Positions 39,906 through 49,675 of a DNA stretch of 64,000 bases are shown here, in pieces; the stretch's first letter is position 1, and each line of letters opens with the position of its first letter. The position numbers were made by a program, and so were the translations under genes. The stretch comes from Bacteroidota bacterium (GTDB taxonomy: Bacteria; Bacteroidota; Bacteroidia; Chitinophagales; CAIODY01), in NCBI GenBank assembly GCA_046051225.1, contig JBJOOR010000009.1:40835-104834 (forward strand). Direction: 5' to 3'. The notes beneath the pieces are model-generated. The model had not been told where the DNA came from and ran no database searches. It saw nothing but the letters and a program-made list of their open reading frames with translations.

Positions 39906-41678
39906 ATGGGAAATTTAAAAGGTGGCGAATTTGTTGTTAAAAATTCAATAGCAGAAAATACTTACACACCAGAAAGTTTTAGTGAAGAACAAAACTTAAT
40001 TGTACAAACTTGTAATCAATTTTTGGAAGCCGAAGTGTTTCCAAATTTAGATAAAATTGATAAGCAAGAAAATAATATAATGGTTGATTTGCTAAATAAA
40101 TGTGGCGAATTAGGATTGTTGGGCGCAGCCATTCCAGAGCAATATGGTGGCTTGGGCGAAGATTTTATTACAGGTACTTTAATTAATGAAACATTAGGTG
40201 CTGGGCATTCATTTGCGGTAGCAAGCGCTTGTCATACAGGCATTGGTTCATTACCAATTTTATATTTTGGAACAGAAGAAGTGAAACAAAAATATTTACC
40301 AAAATTAGCTACAGGAGAATGGAAAGGTGCTTATTGCCTTACTGAACCAGGCAGCGGCAGCGATGCACTAGCTGCAAAAACCAGAGCCGATTTATCTGCT
40401 GATGGAAAACATTATATTTTAAATGGACAAAAAATGTGGATTACCAACGCAGGTTTTGCTGATGTGTTTTCGGTTTTTGCAAAAATTGATGGCGATAAAT
40501 TTACTGGCTTTGTAGTTGAACGTGGCTACGAAGGTGTGAGTTTTGGCGAAGAAGAATATAAAATGGGGATTAAGGGTAGTAGCACTCGTCAGGTATTTTT
40601 TAATAACTGTAAAGTGCCAGTTGAAAATGTTTTGGGAGAAATAGGGAAGGGGCATAAAATAGCATTTGATATTTTAAATATTGGCAGATTGAAATTATGT
40701 GCGGCTACATTAGGCGGTGCAAAACGTAGCGCCAATCTATCATTGCACTATGCACTTACTCGTCAACAATTTAATTTACCAATTGCAAAATTTGGCGCCA
40801 TTCGTCATAAATTGGCCGAAATGGCGATATTAATTTATGCATCCGAAACGGCTTTGTATCGTACGGCTTCATTAATTTCTGAAATGGAAAATGAATTGCA
40901 TAAAGGCGGAATGGATATATCAAGTGCATTATTAAAAGCATCTGAAGAGTATGCAGTTGAATGCGCTATTTTAAAAGTATTTGGTAGCGAAACTTTAGAT
41001 TATGTAGTAGATGAAGGTGTGCAAATATTTGGTGGATATGGCTTTAGCGAAGAATATCCGTTAGCTCGTTCGTATCGTGATTCAAGAATTAACAGAATTT
41101 TTGAAGGTACAAATGAAATAAACAGATTGCTAAGCGTAGATATGTTGTTGAAAAAAGCAATGAAAGGCGAATTAGATTTAATGACGCCAGCCACTGCTGT
41201 TCAAAAAGAACTGATGAGCATTCCAGATTTTTCTGAATCGAATGAAGGATTGTTAGCTGCCGAGAAAAAAGTATTAGCAAATATGAAAAAAGCAGTATTG
41301 CTAACTGCTGGCGCTGCTGTTCAAAAGTTGATGATGACCTTAACTAAAGAACAAGAAATATTGATGAACTGCGCTGATATGTTGATTGAAATGTACATCT
41401 GCGAATGTTTATTGCTAAGAGTTGAAAAATTGATTCAAACCAAAGGCGAAGCTGAAGCAACTATTCAATTAGATATTTTAAGAACCTATATGAGCGATGC
41501 TTGCGAAAAAATGTATTTGCATGGCAAGCATGCCGTTACATCATTTACCGAAGGCGATGAGTTAAGAATGATGCTTTTAGGTTTAAAACGATTTACAAAA
41601 ATGGATGCATTTAATACAAAAGATGCACGAAGAAGAATAGCTGCAAAAATGATTGAGCAAAATGCTTATGGATTTTAA
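39906..41678 (+). CDS. acyl-CoA dehydrogenase (long, ~590 aa type)
   Basis: YCLTEPGSGSDA motif, IFGGYGFSEEYPLARSYRDSRINRIFEGTNEI, and a C-terminal extension domain. Confidence 0.9.
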   Translation: MGNLKGGEFVVKNSIAENTYTPESFSEEQNLIVQTCNQFLEAEVFPNLDKIDKQENNIMVDLLNKCGELGLLGAAIPEQYGGLGEDFITGTLINETLGAGHSFAVASACHTGIGSLPILYFGTEEVKQKYLPKLATGEWKGAYCLTEPGSGSDALAAKTRADLSADGKHYILNGQKMWITNAGFADVFSVFAKIDGDKFTGFVVERGYEGVSFGEEEYKMGIKGSSTRQVFFNNCKVPVENVLGEIGKGHKIAFDILNIGRLKLCAATLGGAKRSANLSLHYALTRQQFNLPIAKFGAIRHKLAEMAILIYASETALYRTASLISEMENELHKGGMDISSALLKASEEYAVECAILKVFGSETLDYVVDEGVQIFGGYGFSEEYPLARSYRDSRINRIFEGTNEINRLLSVDMLLKKAMKGELDLMTPATAVQKELMSIPDFSESNEGLLAAEKKVLANMKKAVLLTAGAAVQKLMMTLTKEQEILMNCADMLIEMYICECLLLRVEKLIQTKGEAEATIQLDILRTYMSDACEKMYLHGKHAVTSFTEGDELRMMLLGLKRFTKMDAFNTKDARRRIAAKMIEQNAYGF

Positions 41679-41697
41679 CCAATTGAAAAAAATGATA

Positions 41698-41705
41698 TAA
41701 CTTTG
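41698..41705 (+). promoter_or_regulatory. -7 promoter box TAACTTTG
   Basis: TAnnTTTG match 46 nt upstream of the ATG at 41752. Confidence 0.4.
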
Positions 41706-41751
41706 AATTCACTTTTTGAATCAAAGAAATATTCAACTCAAAAAGAAAACC

Positions 41752-42276
41752 ATGATAAAAAAATATTTATTTATTTTAACATTAATTACCTCAATGGCTT
41801 TATCAGCTTGTGGTCCCGAAACTTCATTTATTGAAAAAACGGATACTAAAGGCAACACAGTTTATGTGGGCAAAGGTGGTAATAATCAAATATTATTTGA
41901 TAGAGAAGATTTGTTTTGGTTCAGAACTGGCTTTGAAGATTATGTACCAAATGAAGACACGATTAAAGAATTAAAAAAATGGAAAAACGATATTTATATT
42001 TTTGCATTTGCAGGCACTTGGTGCGATGATACAAAAGTATTATTACCCAAATTTTATAAAGCCATGTCGGAAGCCGAATTTACAGGAAACGATGTAACTT
42101 TATATTTGGTTGATAGAGACAAAACTACTGAAGATGGCGTTGCACAAGCATTACATATTGATAAAATTCCAACATTTGTTGTTTTTAGAAATGGTAGAAT
42201 GATTGGAAAAATAGAAGAAACAACCGACAAGCCTATCGAATCGGCTATTCTAAATATCATTAAAAGTAATTGGTAG
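41752..42276 (+). CDS. thioredoxin-fold lipoprotein (single-Cys WCDDT variant)
   Basis: Lipobox LSAC after MIKKYLFILTLITSMA. Thioredoxin-like FAGTWCDDTK in place of CxxC. The ORF-track TTG start at 41716 is judged less likely. Confidence 0.65.
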   Translation: MIKKYLFILTLITSMALSACGPETSFIEKTDTKGNTVYVGKGGNNQILFDREDLFWFRTGFEDYVPNEDTIKELKKWKNDIYIFAFAGTWCDDTKVLLPKFYKAMSEAEFTGNDVTLYLVDRDKTTEDGVAQALHIDKIPTFVVFRNGRMIGKIEETTDKPIESAILNIIKSNW

Positions 42277-42279
42277 AAT

Positions 42280-43131
42280 TTATTTTTTAGTGGCAAAAAC
42301 AAATCGTTGTTTGCCATACATATCATTTATTATTTCAGCCGAAAAATTTTCATCATCAAACAAACTACAAGTTTCTTTTGCTAATAAAGCATTTATTTCT
42401 AAATAAATTCCCCCCCCCCTTTTTAAATTTGTTAAGGCTATTTTTTTTATTTGATGATAAAACAATAAAGGCGCTGAATCATCTACAAATAGAGCAATTG
42501 AAGGTTCGTGGAGCAATACATTTTTACCCATCGTTTGTTTTTCAGTTTCTTTAATATAGGGCGGATTACTTACCATAAAATCGAATTGTAAAACAGATTG
42601 CCAACTAAAAATATCTGCCTTATAAATTTCAATACCCACATTATTTAGTATTGAATTTTGAGCAGCTAATTCAACCGCTTTTTCACTTTTTTCAACAGCA
42701 AATAATTTTGAAGATGTAAATTTTTTGGCTAGCGAAATAGCTATACAGCCACTTCCTGTACAAAAATCTATTATATTAAATGATGCATTTTTATCTATGC
42801 TTTTCGAAATTAAATATATTAATTCTTCAGTTTCGGGTCGGGGTATTAATACATTTCTATTTACTTTGAATGTGCAGCCACTAAAACACACTTTACCAAT
42901 AATATGCTGTATAGGCTCATCGCAAAGTAATCTAAATAAAATATGTTGAAGCAATGCAAAGTATTTTGTTTCTTTTAGCTCTTCTATTTGCATCAATGAT
43001 AAGCGTTTATTATCAGCTTTAAACACAAATTCAAATACCAGTTTTGATATTGCTTTTGCTTCTTCGATATCATATATTTTGCTAAGTGCTTTGGTGTAAA
43101 GTTGAAATAAATTCATGCGTATAATTTTCAT
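42280..43131 (-). CDS. prmC: release factor glutamine N5-methyltransferase
   Basis: SAM motif DFCTGSGCIAI and catalytic NPPY (VSNPPYI). Confidence 0.85.
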   Translation of the reverse strand: MKIIRMNLFQLYTKALSKIYDIEEAKAISKLVFEFVFKADNKRLSLMQIEELKETKYFALLQHILFRLLCDEPIQHIIGKVCFSGCTFKVNRNVLIPRPETEELIYLISKSIDKNASFNIIDFCTGSGCIAISLAKKFTSSKLFAVEKSEKAVELAAQNSILNNVGIEIYKADIFSWQSVLQFDFMVSNPPYIKETEKQTMGKNVLLHEPSIALFVDDSAPLLFYHQIKKIALTNLKRGGGIYLEINALLAKETCSLFDDENFSAEIINDMYGKQRFVFATKK

Positions 43132-43192
43132 TAATCATCAAATGTAAAATTCGGATTTTATTATTGTAATTTTGTAATTCACTATTTATTTT

Positions 43193-43843
43193 ATGCCAAC
43201 AATTATTGCCCCATCACTTTTATCAGCCAATTTTTTAGAATTAGGAAAAGATATTGAAATGATTAACAATAGCCAAGCCGACTGGTTTCATTTTGATGTA
43301 ATGGATGGCGTTTATGTGCCTAATATTAGCTTTGGGTTTCCTATTTTAAAGGCAGTACGAAAAGCAACTAAAAAGTATATTGATGTGCATTTGATGATTG
43401 ATAAATATGATGCTTATATCAATGAATTTAGAGATGGTGGCGCTGATGGATTAACTATTCATTTCGAAAACAGTATTCATCTGCATCGCTCTATACAAGC
43501 CATTAAAAAGGCTGGTATGAAGGCTGGTGTGGCATTAAATCCACATACATCAATTACTGTATTAAATGATATTATTACTGATGTAGATGTGGTATTATTG
43601 ATGAGCGTAAACCCAGGTTTTGGTGGACAAAAATTTATTGAACATACTTACTCGAAAATAGCCGACTGTAAAGCTTTAATTCAGCATAAAAATTCATCGG
43701 CAGTTATTGAGGTGGACGGCGGTGTAGATTTGCTAAATGCAAAAAAAATTATTGAGAATGGTGCAACTGTTTTAGTAGCTGGTAATACTGTTTTCGGTTC
43801 GGTTAATCCAATGCAAACTATTGCCGATTTAAAACAGTTATAA
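43193..43843 (+). CDS. rpe: ribulose-phosphate 3-epimerase
   Basis: IAPSLLSANF, HFDVMDG.YVPNISFG and VNPGFGGQKF are canonical. Confidence 0.95.
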   Translation: MPTIIAPSLLSANFLELGKDIEMINNSQADWFHFDVMDGVYVPNISFGFPILKAVRKATKKYIDVHLMIDKYDAYINEFRDGGADGLTIHFENSIHLHRSIQAIKKAGMKAGVALNPHTSITVLNDIITDVDVVLLMSVNPGFGGQKFIEHTYSKIADCKALIQHKNSSAVIEVDGGVDLLNAKKIIENGATVLVAGNTVFGSVNPMQTIADLKQL

Positions 43844-43885
43844 TTTAAGTGAATTTAATTTAGCTTCTACTATTTTTCCAAAAGA

Positions 43886-46800
43886 TTAAAAACTAATGGT
43901 AAAGGTAGTTCCTTCGTTTATCTTGCTTTTAACTTTTATTGTACCATTAGCATTTTCAATAATAGTTTTCGCAATGGCTAATCCTAAGCCAGTACCTGAT
44001 GATTTGGTGGTGAAATTTGGTTCAAAAATACGTTCTAGTTTGTCCTCATCAATACCGCATCCATTATCGCTAATGGCAATCAGGCATTTATCGTTTTCAT
44101 TAAATTGATGTACTATTATTTTACCATCTTTATTATCACCAATAGCTTGAATGGCATTTAAAATCAAATTATTAAACACACTAATAAATTGATTTTTATC
44201 GGCTCTAATTAATGATTTATCTGAATCTAAATCCAACATAATTTTAATTGATTCATTCTGGTTGCTAAATAATTCAACCACGTTTTTCAATATTTCATTT
44301 ATATCAAATACTTCAAAATCAGCAGAACTAATTCGTGCAAATTGCGAAAATTGGGTAGCTATTTGTGTTAAATTATCAATCTGTTCAATTAATGTTTTCG
44401 ATACTTTAATAGTCATTTCATTAGCATCATCTCGTTTATCTTTTATTGCCCGTTCTAACAATTGAATACTTAATTTCATTGGCGTCAATGGGTTTTTTAT
44501 TTCGTGCGCCACCTGCCTTGCCATCTCTCTCCAAGCCGATTCACGTTCAGTTTGTGCCAATTTCGAAGTATTAATTTCTAATTCAGCAATCATTTTATTG
44601 TATTCGTTTACCAAAGCTCCAATTTCGTCATTCGCCTTCCAAATAATGGGTTCGTTGCGCTTTCCAAGTTTTAAAGCAGCTAATTTTTCTTTAATTATTT
44701 TAAATGATTTTGTAAGATTATTGCTAATAAAAATGGCAATAATAAAAGCTACTAAAATTAGCAGTAGATATACATTTACTAATATAATAATTAAGTTATT
44801 AAAATTGTCAGTCAGTTCTTTTTCTCTAAAAAAATAAGGCACTGAAAGGATATATTTTAACTCATTTTTTTCGCTGGTAATAGGCAAATAAGCGGCTTTG
44901 AAATTTAATTTCCCAATCGTTTCATCATTAATTATTAGCGATTTTTTTTCGTTAATAATTGAATTTAAAATACTGTAATTAATTTTCGGATTCAAAATTC
45001 CATTTTCATAAATCAAAGCTTGCGATGAATTTATTAAATTGCCTTTGGCGTTAAATAAATTAATATCTACGTCGTGTACTTCAGATAAATGTTGAATCAA
45101 TTCATCAATCGAACTTTCATCAACTAAATGGAATATTTTTTTATAAACTCGATTTTCTAAATTCAACATCAAATCTTTTTGAACGTTGTTTATTTTATTT
45201 GTTAAATTTATTCGTAGCAAATCATCGTATTGCCTTGCATAAAAAATTGAAAATAAACATCCTGTTGAAATTAAAACCAGAAAAGTAATAAAGCATATTG
45301 CCATCAATACTTTATTACGAAACGAAAAATCTTTAAGCGATAAGGTTTTGAATTGCATACACACAATTCCTATGATACCAATTGCGAATAATAAAATTAA
45401 AATAACCCCGAATAAAGAAAGAAACTGAAACAAATCTTTATTGTAATCTATAATCCAAATCACCTTACCCGAATCGGATTTTAATATTAAATTTTCGGCA
45501 TTGCTGCTATTAAAAATAATAACCGAATCAATTTTTAAATTTTTATTGTTGGCTAATTCTAATGGAAATGCATAATTGCCCGATTGCCTAATTAATTGAT
45601 TGTTGTTGTAAATAGCAAAATCAATTTGTTCTAAAAAATCATTCGAATTAGCTTTTTGTTCAACAATAAGCGATGGATATATTTTATCTTTTTTAAATGA
45701 TTTCGAATTAAATGAAATAAAAATTGTGGCAATAACCGAGTTAGAATCAACTATTAAAATCTTTGAATAATATTGGTTTTCAGCTTTTTTGTTTTCTAAA
45801 TAATACAATCCATCTGTTATTTTATTTTGCAAAATACAGATAGAATCTAAAGTTTTGAATTGCAAATCGGCCACTTGCCAATGTTTTCGCAATACAAATA
45901 CTTCGATATTATATTTTTCGAAATAACCTTTAAAATATCGTTGTTTAAAAAATTTTATGAATTCGTTTTTCTTAAAATTATTTTGTTGTAAAAAGTTTTT
46001 TAGATAATTGTCTTTCTGAATTTTATCATACGATTCTTTAAATAAAAATTCGGTAGCTTTATCTTTCTCATCGCTTAATTTTTTGGCTAATATTTTTCTT
46101 AACTCTAATTCTTTGTTTTCCAATTTTGAATTAAAATAGATACCTGAAATGGCAGACAATGCTGCAATAAAAGCAATGGAATAGATTATTGAATTGAATT
46201 TTTTAAACCAAATTCTAACAATAAAGAGCAATACACATAGTTGAATAGCTAAAATAAAAATACCGATAAACGAGAATAAATTAATTGCTGCTCTATCAAA
46301 TACCGAAAAGCTGATGCTTGAATCGTTTACCAAACTAAAGATAGTAAACCGAATAATTATTGTAGTAATAAAGAATAATAGAAAGTAGAAAATGTGTTGG
46401 TAAAAAGCACGATTTAAAAATGTATTGGCTTTAATGGATAACAAAATAAAACTCCAACAAAATAGAATTGAAAAAAATAAAAGATGCCCCAACGATTCGA
46501 AATATTTTGATGCATAAATTTCGGGATTAAATAATTCGGAATGAAAAATTGAAACTTGAAAATTAAATTTGAATACAGTAAAATAAATTATACCAAACAA
46601 AACAATATTTGATATAAGCAATACCCAAGGCGAATTTGTTTTTAAGGTTAGCCAGTTTAATAATTCTGTAATATTGATTAATAAAAGTATTAAAGCAAAA
46701 AAAAATAATACGGAATAATATAAATTTAGCTTACTGAAATTATTGTTTAAAGATGAACGGAGATAGAAATAGATTTCAGAAGAAATACCTTTTACGGCAA

Positions 46801-47305
46801 TATTATTTTTATTGGGTTGCTCGGCAATTTCTAACTCATCTTTTTTTGCAAAATTTATTAGCCATTCATTTTTTAAAAATTTATTTGTAAAACTATAATG
46901 CGAATAAATAGGCTTAAAAACTGCATAAATCATTTTTTTTGATGCAGATGTTTTTTTACAAACTAAATAAAAGCCGTTTGAAAATCGTTGAAAACTTTTA
47001 CCATCTTTTATTGAAGTAATATTATCGGTTATAATAAATTCAGGATTATTCCATTGTATCAAACTATCGCCTTTATAAATACCATAATAAAATCCAGTTT
47101 CAATTTCAGCAATTGAGGATGGTGATGTTTCAAGTTTCGAAATTATTTTTTGCTCGGTGTTAAAATTTAATTCAATTATTTTTTCGATAGATTGAACTTG
47201 AGTTTGAATGGTTACTGTATTGTTGCTCCACTCAATACTTGCAATGGTACATATACCAATTAAAAGAAGTAGCTGAAAAGTATATTTGAAAATAAAGGAT
47301 TTCAA
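43886..47305 (-). CDS. large multi-pass sensor histidine kinase (NtrY-like core)
   Basis: H-box ARQVAHEIKNPLTPM, N-box NLILNAIQA, and G-boxes DNGCGI and GTGLGLAI. Many TM helices in the N-terminal ~850 aa. No adjacent response regulator. Confidence 0.85.
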   Translation of the reverse strand: MKSFIFKYTFQLLLLIGICTIASIEWSNNTVTIQTQVQSIEKIIELNFNTEQKIISKLETSPSSIAEIETGFYYGIYKGDSLIQWNNPEFIITDNITSIKDGKSFQRFSNGFYLVCKKTSASKKMIYAVFKPIYSHYSFTNKFLKNEWLINFAKKDELEIAEQPNKNNIAVKGISSEIYFYLRSSLNNNFSKLNLYYSVLFFFALILLLINITELLNWLTLKTNSPWVLLISNIVLFGIIYFTVFKFNFQVSIFHSELFNPEIYASKYFESLGHLLFFSILFCWSFILLSIKANTFLNRAFYQHIFYFLLFFITTIIIRFTIFSLVNDSSISFSVFDRAAINLFSFIGIFILAIQLCVLLFIVRIWFKKFNSIIYSIAFIAALSAISGIYFNSKLENKELELRKILAKKLSDEKDKATEFLFKESYDKIQKDNYLKNFLQQNNFKKNEFIKFFKQRYFKGYFEKYNIEVFVLRKHWQVADLQFKTLDSICILQNKITDGLYYLENKKAENQYYSKILIVDSNSVIATIFISFNSKSFKKDKIYPSLIVEQKANSNDFLEQIDFAIYNNNQLIRQSGNYAFPLELANNKNLKIDSVIIFNSSNAENLILKSDSGKVIWIIDYNKDLFQFLSLFGVILILLFAIGIIGIVCMQFKTLSLKDFSFRNKVLMAICFITFLVLISTGCLFSIFYARQYDDLLRINLTNKINNVQKDLMLNLENRVYKKIFHLVDESSIDELIQHLSEVHDVDINLFNAKGNLINSSQALIYENGILNPKINYSILNSIINEKKSLIINDETIGKLNFKAAYLPITSEKNELKYILSVPYFFREKELTDNFNNLIIILVNVYLLLILVAFIIAIFISNNLTKSFKIIKEKLAALKLGKRNEPIIWKANDEIGALVNEYNKMIAELEINTSKLAQTERESAWREMARQVAHEIKNPLTPMKLSIQLLERAIKDKRDDANEMTIKVSKTLIEQIDNLTQIATQFSQFARISSADFEVFDINEILKNVVELFSNQNESIKIMLDLDSDKSLIRADKNQFISVFNNLILNAIQAIGDNKDGKIIVHQFNENDKCLIAISDNGCGIDEDKLERIFEPNFTTKSSGTGLGLAIAKTIIENANGTIKVKSKINEGTTFTISF

Positions 47306-47351
47306 TAGTAATAATAATTATGCATACTTTAAAATATAAGCGGCCGCTAAA

Positions 47352-48182
47352 TTAGTTACTAAAATGAAGCATTGTCCAATTTTTATCTACCATTTGATGA
47401 ATAAGTTGTAAGCCTAACTGATTAGCTAATTTAATAAAATCATTGGCATCCGATTCATAGAATCCACTTAACAATATTTTGCCATTTTTATTTAACAAGG
47501 TAGTATACAATGGAAGATTAGCTAAATTGAAATTTTTAGTAATGTTTGAAATAATAATATCAAATTTTTCATCCTTGTGTAGCAATTTTTCATCGCCTAA
47601 TTTTACAGTTATTTTAGTACAATTGTTTGCTTCACAATTTTCAATTGAATTTTCGTAGGCCCAACTATCATTATCAATGGCTATAATTTTTTTGGCATTT
47701 GCCAACTCGGTATAAATTGCCAATACAGCCGTACCGCAGCCCATATCTAATACCGATTTATTAGCTACATCTATTTGCAATAGTTCTTCCAACATTAGTT
47801 TAGTAGTGCTATGATGCCCCGTTCCAAAACTCATTTTGGGTTGAATAGTAATGGTATGTTGTATATCATTTCTTTCAGGATGAAATAATGCTCGTAAATA
47901 TATTTTATCTGCAATTACGATAGGCTCAAAATTGCTTTCCCATGTTTTGTTCCAATTCTGATTTTGCTGTTCGGCAATTATCCAATCTTCTTTTTTCAAA
48001 GAATAATTAGTTAGCAATTCTGTAATTACATGCTCACTAAAAGTTGTGGAAGTGGAGTAGGCTAGTAGCTCATTGTCGTTTTGTACAAAGCCTTCAAAAT
48101 CGTATTCGGCTAATTCGGCTATTAGTATTTCTTGTAAATCTGAATTAGCTTTTATGGTAAGCTCAAAATATTTATCTGCCAT
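47352..48182 (-). CDS. prmA: ribosomal protein L11 methyltransferase
   Basis: FGTGHHSTT and DMGCGTAVLAI motifs. Confidence 0.9.
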   Translation of the reverse strand: MADKYFELTIKANSDLQEILIAELAEYDFEGFVQNDNELLAYSTSTTFSEHVITELLTNYSLKKEDWIIAEQQNQNWNKTWESNFEPIVIADKIYLRALFHPERNDIQHTITIQPKMSFGTGHHSTTKLMLEELLQIDVANKSVLDMGCGTAVLAIYTELANAKKIIAIDNDSWAYENSIENCEANNCTKITVKLGDEKLLHKDEKFDIIISNITKNFNLANLPLYTTLLNKNGKILLSGFYESDANDFIKLANQLGLQLIHQMVDKNWTMLHFSN

Positions 48183-48194
48183 TAAATTTTAATT

Positions 48195-48242
48195 TTTTAA
48201 AAAGGAAAAGGTGGAGACAGTAACCATCAACTGCTCCACCTT
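48195..48242 (-). terminator. stem-loop terminator between the DUF6580-like gene and prmA
   Basis: AAGGTGGAG (48208-48216) pairs with CTCCACCTT (48234-48242). On the minus strand it is followed by TTCCTTTTT. Confidence 0.6.
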
Positions 48243-48301
48243 AATTCACACTTTAACCAAAAAAACCATCTCTTTGCAGTGTGTGAAAACTGCTTATAAT
48301 A

Positions 48302-48835
48302 TTATACTTTGGCTTTAACCAACCAATTAGTTTGTTTAATATATTCAAAAGCACTAAAGAATACAGCACTAAAAAATAAATCGCTTATCATTGTATTTCT
48401 TAAGAATGGAATAGCTGATACATAACAAGTAATTAAGCCATTTAAATCTTTCGTATACATATTTTGCATTACCCAAACTCCAAAATTGGTAACTACAAAA
48501 AATATAATTGATGATACTATGCTTGCTCCAATTATTTTATAAACAGATATTTTATTACGTAAAAATGAAGAACCAAGCAAACATATTAATGCAAAGCTTC
48601 CATAAGTAAAAATCATGGTAGAATGAAATTGTAAAAAACAATCGCTAATCAACATGATGCAAAATGGAATGATAAAACCTAATGTTTTGTTTTTAAAATT
48701 TGCTGAACCAAATAATGCTATGGCAGCTATTGGCGAAAAATTAGCCAACCATTGAAAATTAGAATTGAACAATCTGAAAATAATTGCCGCAATCATTATT
48801 CCTACTATTGCAATATGGTATTTATTAAAACGCAT
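48302..48835 (-). CDS. DUF6580-like putative transport membrane protein
   Basis: 177 aa, ~6 TM helices, ECF-S-component-like layout. Assignment made by overall resemblance only. Confidence 0.5.
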   Translation of the reverse strand: MRFNKYHIAIVGIMIAAIIFRLFNSNFQWLANFSPIAAIALFGSANFKNKTLGFIIPFCIMLISDCFLQFHSTMIFTYGSFALICLLGSSFLRNKISVYKIIGASIVSSIIFFVVTNFGVWVMQNMYTKDLNGLITCYVSAIPFLRNTMISDLFFSAVFFSAFEYIKQTNWLVKAKV

Positions 48836-49018
48836 TAATTTCTATTTGTTATTTGTGTGAGGCAAATATATGCACTTTTGAATTTGTTTTGGTTGCTTTA
48901 TTCAAAAATAATTTATTCACACTTTTGGGTTATCTTCTTTTAATACTTTAATAATAACATTAGTAAATATTTATAAATATATGATTATCAATTATATAAA
49001 AATAATTATTGAATATAT

Positions 49019-49642
49019 TTAAAGAAAACTACTAGCATTGTTTCCTTCGGCAAAAAGTAAATCAATAATACTCATATTTGGCAAAAAACCTGTTTTTGAT
49101 TCGAATACTTGGTAATATTTGGGCAGTATAAATGTATTTTCGACTGCTGAATTTGGTTTTAAAAAATTACGTTTATCATCCATATTTGCATTTGCTTTTT
49201 CGTAGCTGGTGGTATAATTTATTTCAATGTTTAATTGTAAATGCTTAATGATAAGGTGCAATAAATCCATATTCAAGTCTATCAGTTTTTCGTATTTAGT
49301 TGAATAAATAGTTTTAAAACTTTCTTCATAATATTCAAAATAAGGTGAGCTGCGATATGAAAACATTATAGTTTTCCAATGTTCTTTTTGCCAATTATTT
49401 TCATAGCTAATATGTACATCTTTTACGGCAGTATGCTGTTGATATTTTCCTTTTTTTAATGGTATGCTTAATAATATAACGCCATTAGGTCCAGCTATGT
49501 AACATCTATTTCTGTAAGTTGATTTTATGTAATGTTCATATTGTTCTATTTGCAACCCTTTGCTATTTTTTATCATCTTAAAAAAAGTAATGGGTGGTAA
49601 ATATTGAGGCTCTATTAAAATAATATTATTCATTGCATGCAA
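49019..49642 (-). CDS. WbqC family protein (second paralog)
   Basis: C-terminal NMSIIDLLF and general similarity to the protein at 25996-26682. Confidence 0.75.
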   Translation of the reverse strand: MHAMNNIILIEPQYLPPITFFKMIKNSKGLQIEQYEHYIKSTYRNRCYIAGPNGVILLSIPLKKGKYQQHTAVKDVHISYENNWQKEHWKTIMFSYRSSPYFEYYEESFKTIYSTKYEKLIDLNMDLLHLIIKHLQLNIEINYTTSYEKANANMDDKRNFLKPNSAVENTFILPKYYQVFESKTGFLPNMSIIDLLFAEGNNASSFL

Positions 49643-49675
49643 AAATGCTAATTTTACAATTCTAAATCTTAAAAA

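Noticed and set aside
47341-47348. GCGGCCGC (NotI) octamer in an otherwise AT-rich spacer
   Set aside because: It is a single short palindrome with no repeat partner or adjoining structure, so it is probably chance.
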